64,000 nucleotides of DNA. Source: Octopus sinensis (lineage: Eukaryota). The first letter of the stretch is position 1; the number at the start of each line of letters is the position of its first letter. The position numbers were made by a program, and so were the translations under genes. Under the pieces are notes generated by a model, which saw only the letters and a program-made list of their open reading frames with translations, ran no database searches and had not been told where the DNA came from. Below are positions 40,600 to 53,714 of the stretch, piece after piece. The stretch is taken from the NCBI RefSeq assembly GCF_006345805.1, contig NC_043008.1:44516001-44580000 (forward strand), written 5' to 3'.

Positions 40600-40752
40600 G
40601 ACATGTTTCTTTCAGTTTCCCTATACCATATCCACTCGCAAAACATTGCCGAACCCGACGCAAGAGTAGAACACACTTGCCTGTGGTGCCATGCAGTGGA
40701 ATTGAACCCTGAACTATGTGGCTGGGAATCAAACTTCTAACCACACAGCCAA
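40600..40752 (-). mobile_element. SINE family A, 5' half
   Basis: ttctttcagtttcc..acacttgcc..gcagtggaattgaaccc..accacacagcc. Confidence 0.75.
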
Positions 40753-40919
40753 GCACACATACGCACACCCTTTGCGTTTCAGCTGACAATAAAATCTTTC
40801 TCAATACTATGTCCAACATTTCTTTCAAGAGACATCAATTAACAATAGAGTTTAGCAGAACTCTTCTTCACTAATTTAACAATATCAGTAACTATTACCA
40901 ATCAAAAGAAATAGATTTT

Positions 40920-41580
40920 AATTTAAAGTTATTCAATATAGAGAGAGGGGGGAAGCGATATTAATATTAATTTGATTAATATCAATGTAAAACCAGCGGT
41001 CTATCATATAGAAAAATTTGAAGATTCAGAAAAATTATATTACATACATATAAGAGGGGGTAACCACTAGGTGGACATTCATTATGCTAGAAGCCGACCC
41101 CCTATGGTCTTACCATAAAGAAATGAATGTTCTCAAGAAAATTTTGAAGACGCCAGAACGTAAGCGAGCAACACAAATGAAAAGATACAAAATATACAGA
41201 TTAATCACAAACTAGTTTCGTTGTTACCAATTACGTAAGTGGTAACATTTGTCTTGCTCCCTTACGTTCTAGTGTTGCTAAATTTCCTTGCGAACATCCC
41301 TTTCTTAGTGGCAAGACCATACGGGGTCAACTTCTAGCATAATGGAGGTTTCAGAGAGTCTTTGAGGATTCTTATTCGCGCAGGTATACAAAGCTTGCCG
41401 CGTCCGCTCCCGTTAATGTAGAATTACGGCCACTCCATGATCTATAAGTTACAAGTTTCAAGTTCATCACGAATCGGGTTTGTAAATCCAAGGTTGCATT
41501 CTCCAGTTAAACTGGTCTTTTTCTCAGAGAGATATACAAGGACAATGGACTTTACATATTTCATAGGCGATGGGGTTTAC
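40920..41580 (-). mobile_element. Penelope-like 3' end with an inverted pseudo-LTR pair (arms 41080-41179 and 41246-41344)
   Basis: About 100-bp inverted arms; spacer carries a tgttacca/tggtaaca stem and GAAACTAGT (hammerhead 3' half); minus-strand AYEICKVHCPCISLSEKK resembles the C.LC..EK end of PLE GIY-YIG ORFs. Confidence 0.5.
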
Positions 41581-42464
41581 ATATTTCTTTTTTTTTTTTG
41601 CATGTATGACTTACAAGTGTTTCTCATATGCATTATAGGCGCGTCCGTGGTTCCGTTTAGTCAATCGGTCTATTGACCGACTGAAAAAACATCGAATGAC
41701 CTGAATAAATTCTATCATCATCGGAGCCCGCGCATAGAAAGTTAAGTGAGAGGAAAATAAAGAAATACAAACGTAGGAAGACAGCGAAGAGAAATGGAAG
41801 AAGAGAAGAAAATAGGAAAAAAGAAAAGAAAAACGAAAACAAAGAAAACAAAAAAAAACAAGGAAAATGGAAGAGAAGAGAAAAAGGAAGGAGAAGAGTG
41901 ACAAGGCGAGAGAAAAACCCCGGAAATGAGGGAAGAGGATAAGAAAGAATCTCCTATTTGTCTATTTGTTCCTTCATGTTATTCATCTTTACCAATCATT
42001 ATTTTCGTTTCGTTTGCTATATTTATGTTCTCATCTAATTATTATTGTTATCATTCACTTATACTTGTATTTTACCTCATTGTATTGCGGTTTAATCTTC
42101 TTAATTTATAATCCATTTATGCGTTGCCATTTTATTTTTACTTATTATTTTTACTCTAGCTTAAACATCCCATATAATTTCCCTTACATTTCCCTTCGAA
42201 TAAATAGAGGAATCAATCTGTCCCAGATCAGCACATCCCAAACAAATGTAGAATTGACCAGCCTAGCAATGACCTACATATCATAAAATATAAACTGACC
42301 ACTGGAGAAAGTGGCGGATATCAGATTTCAATACCCTATGTCCAAACTGATTGAACTCGGTAGATGTCCACAATGGTTTTACAGAACTGACCGAATTCCT
42401 TTATTGATGCAGCGATCACCAAATTCTTTCCTATCACTTTCCTGCATTTCAAGTTCTCTTCTTT

Positions 42465-42600
42465 CTTTTCTTCTTCTTCTTTCTTCTTCTTCTTCTTCTT
42501 CTTCTCTCCTTCTTCTTCTTCTTCTTCTTCTTCTTCTTCTTCTTCTTCTTCTTCTTCTTCTTCTTCTTCTTCTTCTTCTTCTTCTTCTTCTTCTTCTTCT
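42465..42600. repeat. (TTC)n microsatellite
   Basis: Direct reading. Confidence 0.97.
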
Positions 42601-43407
42601 CCCCTCCTTCTTCCATATTTTCCCATTCTTTTCTATTCTTTCGTTTCACTTCTCCCTCTTTTTCTGTTTTCCTTTTTTCTTTCTTTTCCTTTTCCTTTCG
42701 TCTTTCCCTCCCTCCTTCCCTTTCACTTCACTTGTTCTTCCTATATTTGTTACTCTTTATTTTCCTCTATTTTAGCCTACTCTCTGCGAACACTGGCGAT
42801 GATAGCATTTAGTAAGGTCGTACGTCGTGCATCTAGTTCAGTTGATCACTGGACTATTTGAGTAATTGGAACCATGAACGCACCTATAATCCATAGCAGA
42901 AACAACAGTAAGTCTTAGATGCAATTGTAAAGAAATTTTATAAAGCCCATTATTTAGGATTTTCCTTATCGATAACGAATACCTATCACCGAGTACTATG
43001 AGTGTTCAGGCCTTTTCCCCGCTATACATTAAAGCTAAACCCTTTATGGACGGGAAACCTGGGGTAATCCCATAAACCGGCCTTACACATGTTCGATATA
43101 TATTGATCTACATCTTACATTGTGCTTCTGCTTTCGATTATATGATTTCTACAAACGATACATATATATTGTTAAACCTCGCTAAGATAAATATTTCAAT
43201 TAACTTGAAGATTGACTGTAACCATAACTCGAATTATTACGAATTGTACAGCCATGAAACGATCGTAGAGTTTTACTCTTTATCTTTTATTAAACTTATA
43301 ATACTTTTGATATATATTTAAAATAATATAAATAATTAATTTTATGTTTGGCTTATGTTTTTCATTGTTTGATTTGCCTAATAGTGGTTTTATCTCTAAT
43401 TTAATAC

Positions 43408-43461
<54 letters not shown>

Positions 43462-43464
<3 letters not shown>

Positions 43465-43629
43465 ATTTAGGGTAGCTAAGAGATACCACCACGTTTGAAA
43501 TAGCAGTAAAACCTGACTCTAACACCACATTAAATGTTCATATGCTATATGAACATTTAATGTGGTTTTAGAGTCAGGTTTTGACTGGTATTTCAAGTTT
43601 GGTGATATCTCTTAGATATCCTAAATTAT
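43462..43629. repeat. Long near-perfect palindrome (arms about 82 bp, 3-nt loop)
   Basis: Left arm ataatttagggtagctaagagata...taaatgttcatat, loop gct, right arm atatgaacattta...tatctcttagatatcctaaattat. Confidence 0.93.
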
Positions 43630-43998
43630 GATTTTAAATAATTATTAAGTTTGAAAGGTTTTTATTCCCATGCTGGCCACCTGATAAGATCGGTATTTTA
43701 AATATCAATTTTATCCATATTTATATGTATGACAGTCAGGTTCCCTGTATTCACACACACACACACACATGCAGTCAAGTATCTTGTATACATAAATACA
43801 TATATATTAATAATAATAATATAACATCAAAAGAATGAATGAGACGTGGATATTATGAAAAATACAGGAATTTATCGATAACTGTAATATATGACAATTA
43901 GTTGGACTTCAACTGCGGTATACTGAACTCACTGTTTCCTTATGATAACCAATTGCCACGTATTATATTTATAGATACATACATATATATATATATAT

Positions 43999-44032
<34 letters not shown>

Positions 44033-44071
44033 CATATGTATGAATGTATATGTATATATATGTATGTATAG

Positions 44072-44318
44072 TGGGGAGAGTCATTCTCTTTTGGTGCCTT
44101 ATAACATAACACACTCACCGGTAAAATGTTCACTTATTTCTTTGTTATTTTTTCAATTTTGTAGAAAAATTTAAAAAAGGGATAAAATTAATAATTTTTT
44201 TTTTTTAATGAGAAAAAGAGAAAAGAAACAATTTTAGAAAAATAGGAAAGAAATAAGTGGAAATTTTACCGGTGAGTGGGTTAAATTATAATGCACCAAA
44301 AGAGAATGATTCTCCCCA
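44072..44318. mobile_element. Fold-back/MITE-like element with about 80-bp inverted arms
   Basis: tggggagagtcattctcttttggtgc..cactcaccggtaaaat pairs with attttaccggtgagtg..gcaccaaaagagaatgattctcccca. Confidence 0.85.
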
Positions 44319-44887
44319 GACATAACAGAATATGTTTCAACACACGAACTCACATAAAGAATCTAGCAAACTAAATCCCAAAACGATATATATATATATA
44401 TATACATATATTTGTCAATTACGTTTGTTGTACACACACGCACACACATATATATAAATATATATATATGCAACTTTATGCTTACACCGGTAGTTTCATA
44501 GACAAATCCGTGTACTAACGCGCGCGCACACACACATACACATACAGACGCACACACAAATTTGCCGAACCCACACATCCACACGATATATAAAAAGACA
44601 ATTCCATGTGGGATCTGTCATGATGCGAATTTCGATACATGTCTTTTATCCTACATTAAAAAAAGGGAAAGCTATCATTTATTTTTTTCTCTCTTTTTCT
44701 TTCTTTCGCATTACAAAACCATTAAACATATAAAGATTCATGCAGAAGAATTATTGCAGAGAAACCTGCATTCACCTTTTGATTAAAGGTGTTACATACA
44801 TGGCGGGTGTTTAAATAAACACTTTACCTTTGTAAATTCATACATTCAAAAACAAGTGTGTCGTTAACATATTTTATGAAGATATAA

Positions 44888-45100
44888 TGGTGGCGAGCTG
44901 GCAGAAACGTTACGTCTGCCGTTACGGTCTGAGTTCAAATTCCGCCGAGGTCGATTTTGCCTGCCATCCTTTCGGGATCGATTAAATAAGTACCAGTTAC
45001 GCACTGGGGTCGATATAATCGACTTAATCCGTTTGTCTGTCCTTATTTGTCCCCGTCCCCTGTGTTTAGCCCCTTGTGGGTAGTAAAGAAGTAGGTATTT
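44888..45100 (+). mobile_element. SINE family B with a deletion in the head; decayed copies follow to about 45790
   Basis: ggcgagctggcagaaacgtta, core and long module. Confidence 0.88.
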
Positions 45101-45779
45101 TATGAAGATGACGTCATATGAAATGATTGAATTACACTGTATCAGGATGTTTCCTGTAGATATGAAGCGCATGCGTACAAAACTGGGAGTGGGAGAAAAG
45201 AAAGAGAGAAAGGTGGAAGAGAGAGAAAGAGGAACTGGAAGAGAGAGAGAGTATCTGTATACAAAAATAGCAAAGTTATCTATTTGAGTATTTAACGAAG
45301 AAGATCATAAAATTAATGCCTACAACCCAGATGACAAACTTCAAGACTGAACTCATTATTTATGTGATGCTATTAATAAAATGTCAAAGGCGAAGACGAT
45401 GTAGAATCAATTGTGCGTCGGACAAAATACGTCGAGGCATTCCTTCATGCTCGTTACGCCGTTTCAAATGAACCGCGACAGACATTGTCTTTCATCATTA
45501 AAATGAATTACCAGCTAAAAACTGGGGTCAATGTAATCGATTTAGTTTCACCTTTAAGATGTGCCACGATTAGAAACGTTTTAAAAAAGCAATGAGACGG
45601 CAGTATTGTTACCGCGCCGGACAAAGTGCTATGAGGTATTTCATTCGGCTTTTTGCTTTCCGGTTTCAACTTCAGCGAATGTCGACTTCGCCTTTCATTT
45701 TTTTAGAATCAATAAAATATAAAATCAATCAAACAGTGGATTTCCCTATAATCGATCACTCCACCTCCAAATTTTCCCT

Positions 45780-45901
45780 TTTGCTGAACTGCTAAGTTAC
45801 GGGTACGTAAACACACCAGTATCGGTTGTCAAGCGATTTTGCGGTACAAACACAGACATACAATCACATACACATATATACATACATATATACATACGAA
45901 C

Positions 45902-45949
<48 letters not shown>

Positions 45950-46105
45950 CATATATACGACAGGCTTCTTTCAGTTTCCACTCACAAGGCATTAGTCGGC
46001 CCGAGGCTATAGTAGAAGGCACTTGCCCAAAGTGCCACGCAGTGGGACTGAACTCGGAACCATGTGGTTGGTAAGCAGGCTACTTCCCACACAGCCACTC
46101 CTGCA
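45780..46105 (-). mobile_element. SINE family A
   Basis: gctaagttacggg..cgtaaacacacca through cacacagccactcctgc. Confidence 0.87.
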
Positions 46106-46122
46106 TCGATAGCCACATATGC

Positions 46123-46158
<36 letters not shown>

Positions 46159-46619
46159 ACAGAGTGAGAGAGAGAGAGAGAGAGAGTTAGATATATTTAC
46201 ATATATCTACAGGCACAAAAACAAATGTACACACATATATTTATATATATATATATATTATATATATATACATATGCATATACATTATATACGCATACAC
46301 ATATAAATGTCTATACATACGCATGAATAGAATTCGGGGTTTGCTTAGGTAGCCGGCAGGTTCTGTGTTCATGGTGAGTCTCTCTATATATTTATTAAGT
46401 GTATAATCATGTCGGAACTTATAAAATTTTACCGTAGGAGAATGTGTGCAAAAAATTCATTGTGGACGTACATTTCTAAACGCATATATATAAACTCATG
46501 TAAACACACACAAACAAACACACACGCACTTAAATCTACATAAATACAAATGTATAATTTTGATACCTACATACAAATATCTATCATATATGTACGTGTG
46601 ATTGTGTGAGGATACACGC

Positions 46620-47220
<601 letters not shown>

Positions 47221-47735
47221 TGTACTCCTCATCCTGCTCCGTTTCAGCTAACGTTTTATCGATTATTTAGTTAGAACTTTTACAATTTCTAATCTGTACA
47301 TCTACACTTCACAAGTATATGTACCACGCTATCAGAAAATATATATTCTAGAGACAAGACTCCACGGTAAATAATGACCCTATTAACAGGTATAACAATC
47401 AACTCATAGACAAAACTGTTTGAAAAAGGTGAACTTCAACCAAAGAACGCAAAGCAGTAATTTAAAAATTTGCCATACTTTTTCAATACATATTATCTGC
47501 ATTTGAAGTGCAAAACATTGTTTTTTAATAAACTTTAAATGTAGCAATCGTTTGATGTCCATATTAATATGAAGAAAAGAATGAATAAAATGCATTATAT
47601 ATTTCAAAGGGTGCAAAATCGTGTGATATCGCTTCATTTTAAGATAAAGTGTCTCTCACACTAACTACCTTTCACTTTCGTGCCCATTTTCTCTCTAATA
47701 TTTTCATGTTGCTCCCTCTCTCATTCCTCTCTCTT

Positions 47736-47773
<38 letters not shown>

Positions 47774-48026
47774 GTCCTCACCTGTCTCTTCTCGACTCTA
47801 GTTTTTCATTTATATATATATATATATATATACCTCTTTGCATGCGCATGTGTGTGTCACTGTGTTTGTGTATATGTGTGTGTTATGCATTATTTACAAA
47901 AATGCATACTCGTACATACACTCAAGTATATGTACTCTAAGTATAATGAAGAATGGTGATTTATATCTATATCTATATCTATCTATCTATCTATCTATAT
48001 ATATATATTATATATTATATATATAT

Positions 48027-48058
<32 letters not shown>

Positions 48059-48065
48059 GTATATA

Positions 48066-48098
<33 letters not shown>

Positions 48099-48726
48099 AT
48101 ACATTTATATTTGTATTTATATATATGTTTATGACTGTCGTGTTTGTGTGTTTTATTGTTTCTGCAGCTTCCTCTTTCTGTCGATCAATATAATATGAGT
48201 AAATATTTTCCCTTCTCAAATTTAGTATCTTGCATTCCGCCGTTTTGAGGCTGAGCGACATTCGTTTTCACAATAGAAGATATATTGATAACGGCGGCGA
48301 ACTAGCAGAGTCGTTATCATGCCGGGAAAATGGAAATCCGCATTTTGTCCGCATTCTTACGTTCTGAATTCAAAGTCGACTTCGCATTTTCATCCATTCC
48401 ACGTCGATAAAATAAGTACTAGCTGAATTCCCGGGTCAATGAAATCCACTTATCATCTGCCCCGAAATTTCTATCCTTGTATCCTAATTTGAAAGCAACG
48501 TAGTCATTACATATAAATAATTCTAACAGAGGGTACACGAGACACCAGCTTGCTAGAAATAACTGTTGAAATACTCAAAAATCCCACAAAGTCACAAAAA
48601 ATTATAATAGACCAAAAGAAATCAGGCGAAGAGAACTTAGGAGTATTTTTATTCTTACTTCCAGCAAGCTGGTTCTTCGCGTACCCTCTCATATAATTAT
48701 TTATTAATTATGTAATATTATATATA

Positions 48727-48940
48727 TCCACAGTGTACGGTAAATAACCTGTCGGCTAAATTACGCAAAAATGAAAATCACTCTGATATCTCATTTTAAC
48801 AGATATATTTACCAAAATTACATAAAAATATCTTGAAATACTAAACAGAAATTTTATTCAATATAATCACCAATGGCTTCAACCACGGCCTCCAGACGAC
48901 TTCGGAATTTCCTGCAACTCTTCTGGGCAGTCTCCTTCTT
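48727..48940 (-). mobile_element. Tc1/mariner-superfamily transposon 3' end
   Basis: Minus frame reads KETAQKSCRKFRSRLEAVVEAIGDYIE*, followed by a 3' UTR and a TIR-like end next to TA. Confidence 0.8.
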
Positions 48941-49273
48941 TGATGCAATTCATAAACATTTAATGCATCGTTACGCGCGTTTTCACAAGTCACATGACTC
49001 TTATGATCATAGTCAGCTTTCCTGGCATGATTACAGTGTAGTCCGTAATATCCGCGGGCATCGGGTTGATCATCTTTATCGATTCCTTTCTTCAGGTGAT
49101 ATAACATTGATGGATGTTTAACAGCGGGATGTTTATCTCTTTTGAACTGTACCCAAGGATTCTATGGACTACACTGTAAGCATCCCAGGAATACGGACTG
49201 TGATCTTAAGAGACATGCGACTCGTGGAAACGCGCGTAGCGATGAATTAAAATATTTATAAATCCCATCGAAG
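48938..49273. repeat. Inverted repeat with about 130-bp arms and about 75-bp spacer, Penelope-like
   Basis: 48938-49068 aligns by eye with the reverse complement of 49143-49273; the right arm carries GAAACGCGCGTA and the left arm a GAAAACGCGCGTA counterpart on the minus strand. Confidence 0.85.
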
Positions 49274-50348
49274 GATTATTGTTATTATTACTATATATAT
49301 GCGTACGTGTCTGTGTGTACGGACAAATTACTCAATAACCACTCTAAAAATTATTTTATAGGTTTAAGAAGAAGAATATTAGAAATTCTATATATCATTG
49401 TAAAATATTTGTATCAAAATATTCCTTAACGTTTGCGGATGGCTTTTTATGACAAGTTAGAATTGTAGTTATTACGCCTCTTAAAATATTGTAATAAGTT
49501 GCATAAGTCTTTTGTTGTCCCGTAATCGGATGATTCGTAACAACGAGTTGACCTTGTTGTTTGCATGCTTAGCAAAGTCATTCTAAATATCTACATAAGT
49601 CGTAAATGGAAACGATTCATAATGATTATATAATCACCCAGGGGGATGACACATGATAACGAGTTAGCAATATTGTTGTCTGCAATTGTGTGAAAATGTT
49701 TACGAAAATATGTATATGTAGTTATATGTTAAAGAAGAGGAATAATTCATATTTATAGAAGTTGATTGTAAATACATAAGCAGACGACTAATAAATACAT
49801 AAGCAGACGACTAGCAATATTGAGTTACCATTGACGATTCAATGATTGTCCAAACGATTATAAAAATTTGTCCATGTCGGTTATAATCTAGCAATAATTC
49901 CAATAAATATGATTTTACAAATTCAAAATATATGTTCTGGGTCGAAAAATGATAGCATAATAATCAAAATAAACTCTTGTAAATATATTTGTTCATTTAT
50001 TTTATTTTAACCCATTGGTACAATCCGTCGACTTCATGGAAAAGGCTATCTTTAATTGTATTATATTTTTATATTATTATCACTCTCATTTAAATAGATT
50101 CCGTTTTGTTATTATTTTTATAATCCTTATCATTAAGGTAGCCTTTATTCTGCTCTTGCTGATGTTGGTACTATTATCTTCATCTTACTTTGGCATTTAC
50201 TTTCGTGTTATGTGTGGCCCGGAATCTGACGAATTGATTTCCGGAAAGTACTAGATATGGTATATTTGAGCAAACTCAAAGAGATCCGACGCTGCTTGAT
50301 CGCAGTCAATCTGAGGAAGCGCACACACACAGATGTCGCCGAATAATA

Positions 50349-50489
50349 TTAGGTTGTCCCAAAAGTTCGTAAACACTTCCGAAAATTGAATTTTTACTCG
50401 CCAAGTACTAACAAAAACAACAAAAATTATTCCTCAAAATAAAGACCATTATTTTCCAAGACTTTCTACGAACTTTTGGGACAACCTTA
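50349..50489. mobile_element. Mariner-type MITE, 141 bp
   Basis: TIRs ttaggttgtcccaaaagttcgta / tacgaacttttgggacaacctta, TA on both flanks. Confidence 0.92.
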
Positions 50490-50515
50490 TATTTATGTAT
50501 GTGCGTGCGTGTGTG

Positions 50516-50549
<34 letters not shown>

Positions 50550-50940
50550 CTGAGACATTTTGGGAAAAGTAACTGGGCAGAATATTTCGTGTGCACGACA
50601 TAAATAGTTGGCCACGGTATAAGCGCAATCATCAAGGTGGAATGGTGTCAGCTCTTTTCAAATTGCAGGGTTTCTTGTAATTTCAGCATTAATGCTAGAG
50701 GTGAGTACACAACAGTCGATGGACCTACGGCGTAGCATGTAGAAGAGAATCTCTATTTTACCTGGTATAAATGCAGCATTTTATTGGTTTCTCTCAAGTA
50801 TAACAATTATTTTTATTAGTTAAACCATTCACAATTTAATTTTAATTTAGCTTGCGAAGATTTTTTCAGTATGGCCTAAACCTTTGCAGTTGAAATATCA
50901 TGTAGGCGGAGGCCATTGAACTTTAATAGATCTAAACCTG

Positions 50941-51195
50941 CAATCGATATTTTATCGCAATCTTCTTTGTAATCGATGCCTAATCGATAACTAAATTGTT
51001 AGCGATATCTGATCACAGTTTAATATGTAATCGATGTTGGAACGGAGATTAAGCTATAATCGATATCTAATCGGGGAGTAAAGTGTAATTGATAACTAAT
51101 CGAAGTCCAATATATAGAGGATATATGATCGTAGTCTAAATAGTAATCGATATCTAATCGTCGTGTAAATGTAATCAATATAAAATCGATTACTG
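50941..51195. repeat. Diverged 29-bp-period tandem array, about 9 units
   Basis: Units start at 50941, 50970, 50999, 51028, 51057, 51086, 51115, 51144 and 51172; consensus TAATCGATATCTAATCG plus about 12 variable nt. Confidence 0.85.
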
Positions 51196-51302
51196 TTCAG
51201 ACTAAGACCAGATACAACCTAGAGTCTAATCAATAGATTAAAATATGGCTCCTGATGATATGCACACCTCGTGTCGTATAAAAGATTAATTTTTCTTCTA
51301 TT

Positions 51303-51622
51303 AAGATCCCAACATCACTATCAAAATACAGGACCAGATACTACAACAGCTTGGGTTTCAGGGGACCACAGCTCTTCAATATCCTTCCTAAATGCCTGAG
51401 AGACCCGCATGGTGTGGATGTGGGTTTCTTTAAAACTAAACTAGATCTCTTCTTGTCAGGGGTTCCAGATGAACCTACCTCTCGGCAGGAAACACAGATA
51501 CGGGCAACGACGTCGAACTCCCTTGTTGATCAAGTGCCATGTATCAGAGATGGTTTCACATACTAGTGTAGCTCATTTAACGGTGGGGCCCCAGCATGGC
51601 CGCAGCTTTCGGGCTGAAACAT
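51303..51622 (+). mobile_element. CR1/L2-group LINE ORF2 C-terminus and 3' UTR, 5'-truncated
   Basis: RYYNSLGFRGPQLFNILPKCLRD..FKTKLDLFLSGVPDEP..SNSL, a typical LINE C-terminal pattern; a small minus-strand piece also lies at about 55008-55050. Confidence 0.85.
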
Positions 51623-51624
51623 TC

Positions 51625-51810
51625 TGTCAGGCAGAATCATTAGCACGGCGGACAAAATGCTTAGCGGCACATCGCCCGCTTTTACGTTCTGAATTCAATA
51701 TCCGCCGTGGTCATCTTTTATCCTTTCGGGGACAGTTGAGTAACGGGGTCGATGTAACCAACTTAAATATTTACTCCAATTTGCAGGCCTTGTGCTGAAA
51801 TTCGAAACTA
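51625..51810 (+). mobile_element. SINE family B, decayed
   Basis: ggcagaatcattagcacg..tacgttctgaattcaa..ggccttgtgc. Confidence 0.8.
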
Positions 51811-53429
51811 TTATGGTCGCTAAAATTGGCAATAGTGTTCTCTAGTCCTCGGTCAGTTTGATGCAGCCAATTAATTTTGAGCAGTCTAAATAACTCCTTT
51901 TTTTTCCATAATTCCTTATATTTGAATACATGATACAATGTGTATTTGTTTCTGCTTTTACGATTAAACATTACACTGAGCGTCATTTAGTTGCTATTCT
52001 TAGCAGGACTAGCGACTGCATAGAGACTCGGATTACAGGGTAGTTTCAATAATGATGGTAACTTATTAATCGATAGGAATGTTTTTTAATATAAATCTTA
52101 GTTAAAATATACGTATTTAACAACATCAAAAACAAATCTTTGTATATTAGATTAATCTCCGTTAATATAGCGGAAATAATTTCTTTCTTTTGCTTACAAA
52201 CAGAAAAATAATATTGTTTTCTTCATTGCTGTTTCTGGATCTACGAGCGGCGGTGATTTTAATATCCAAATGAACTTCCGTCAAAATGGAAAAGAAAAAG
52301 GAAAGGAAGAATTACTCTGCGATTGGTTGCCAGGAAAGAAATGTTGCATCCATTCGATCCCATTGTACACATTAATATGTGGCTTCTGAGGTTAATCAAC
52401 GCGGGATAATATTAGTTTGAAAAACAGGGGAACCAATTTTATGGCGCAACATTTCGCAAAGGCTAAATAATAAAAACAAGATCAATGAAATAATGGTGAC
52501 TTTGAAGAGAGGACAGGCTTGTAATCATGTAATAATATGATTGGCCTTGTGTAAGTAGATGATTGAGAAACTAGAATGTTGTGTAAACAGATCTGTAGTA
52601 GTTAATATTAGAAGTTTTTGGGTGAGGAGAAAATTATAGCAATTAAAACCCATCCAAAGCTTCAATGAGATTTGACAAAAGGGGCAAAGATGCCGAAGGG
52701 GCCGAAGGGGCCGATGTGGCGGCTGACTCGACTAATAATTCCGGGTTCATTTACTGGTCGCTCCGTTTAAGAATAATAATTGTCGTTAGAAATCAACTAA
52801 TAGTGCTTCAACAAAGTCCAGAACACTTTTATTCGATAAAGCAATTAGAAATATAATTACAATAAATATATAAATATATATATAAATAAAATAAAAACAG
52901 CTGGTCCACCCGATAACGGTCCAGGCGTACATCTTCACAATCATTGATCGTTATTATTCTTTGGAGACGTATTACTTACAATATAGCTTCCATAAGCTAT
53001 ATTAAACAAAACGCCACGCCTACTTCACGATTGAGTGAATATGGTTAAATATTTAATCCTGTTATATATGAGTCAACTTAATGGGTAACATTCAGGCGTG
53101 GAGAAAATTATTGCAACATAATATATTTCACATGTTGATCGAAATAACGATGGAATCTTTACACAGCCACGCGAGCCGTTTGGTGTAGCAACCATATCTC
53201 TCTGAAATTATACATTATCGTCAGACGTAAAAGAGTAGCATTCCGTAGTATAATCCAAGATGGTCTCTGACAAAAACAAAGATATAAGAAGATCGGATAA
53301 ATGTGTAAGTATGTGTGTAAATGCGTTTTAATATATGCCTCCTTGATCGCTGCTGATCTGGGATTACTTCATCAATGTGAACATGTCTTATGTATTAAAT
53401 AAGTAATAATGTGTCTTATGATGAAATTG

Positions 53430-53690
53430 TTTGTTCCTTCCCGAGCCATGCCTGGCTCATAAGGGCCGGTTTCCCGGTTTCCCGGTCCGTCGCAGGTGAG
53501 CTGCAATATGCAGGAGGAAAAAGTGAGAGAAAGTCATGGCTAAAGAGTCAGTAGAGGGTTCGACATTGCCTTCTTCCGGAGCCGCGTGGAGTTCAGGTGT
53601 TTTCGCTCATAAACACACACATCGCCCGGTCTGAGATTCGAACCTGTGATCCCTCGACCGCGAGTCCGCTGCTCTAACCACTAGGCCATG
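53430..53690 (-). mobile_element. tRNA-derived SINE related to family C, with a different 3' part
   Basis: Reverse complement reads catggcctagtggttagagcagcggactcgcgg..ggttcgaatctcagaccgggcg..gagcgaaaacacct. Confidence 0.8.
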
Positions 53691-53714
53691 TATGATGAAA
53701 TAACAGTTTAAATA

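Noticed and set aside
49769-49813. 23-bp tandem duplication taaatacataagcagacgacta
   Set aside because: Ordinary slippage duplication with only two copies.
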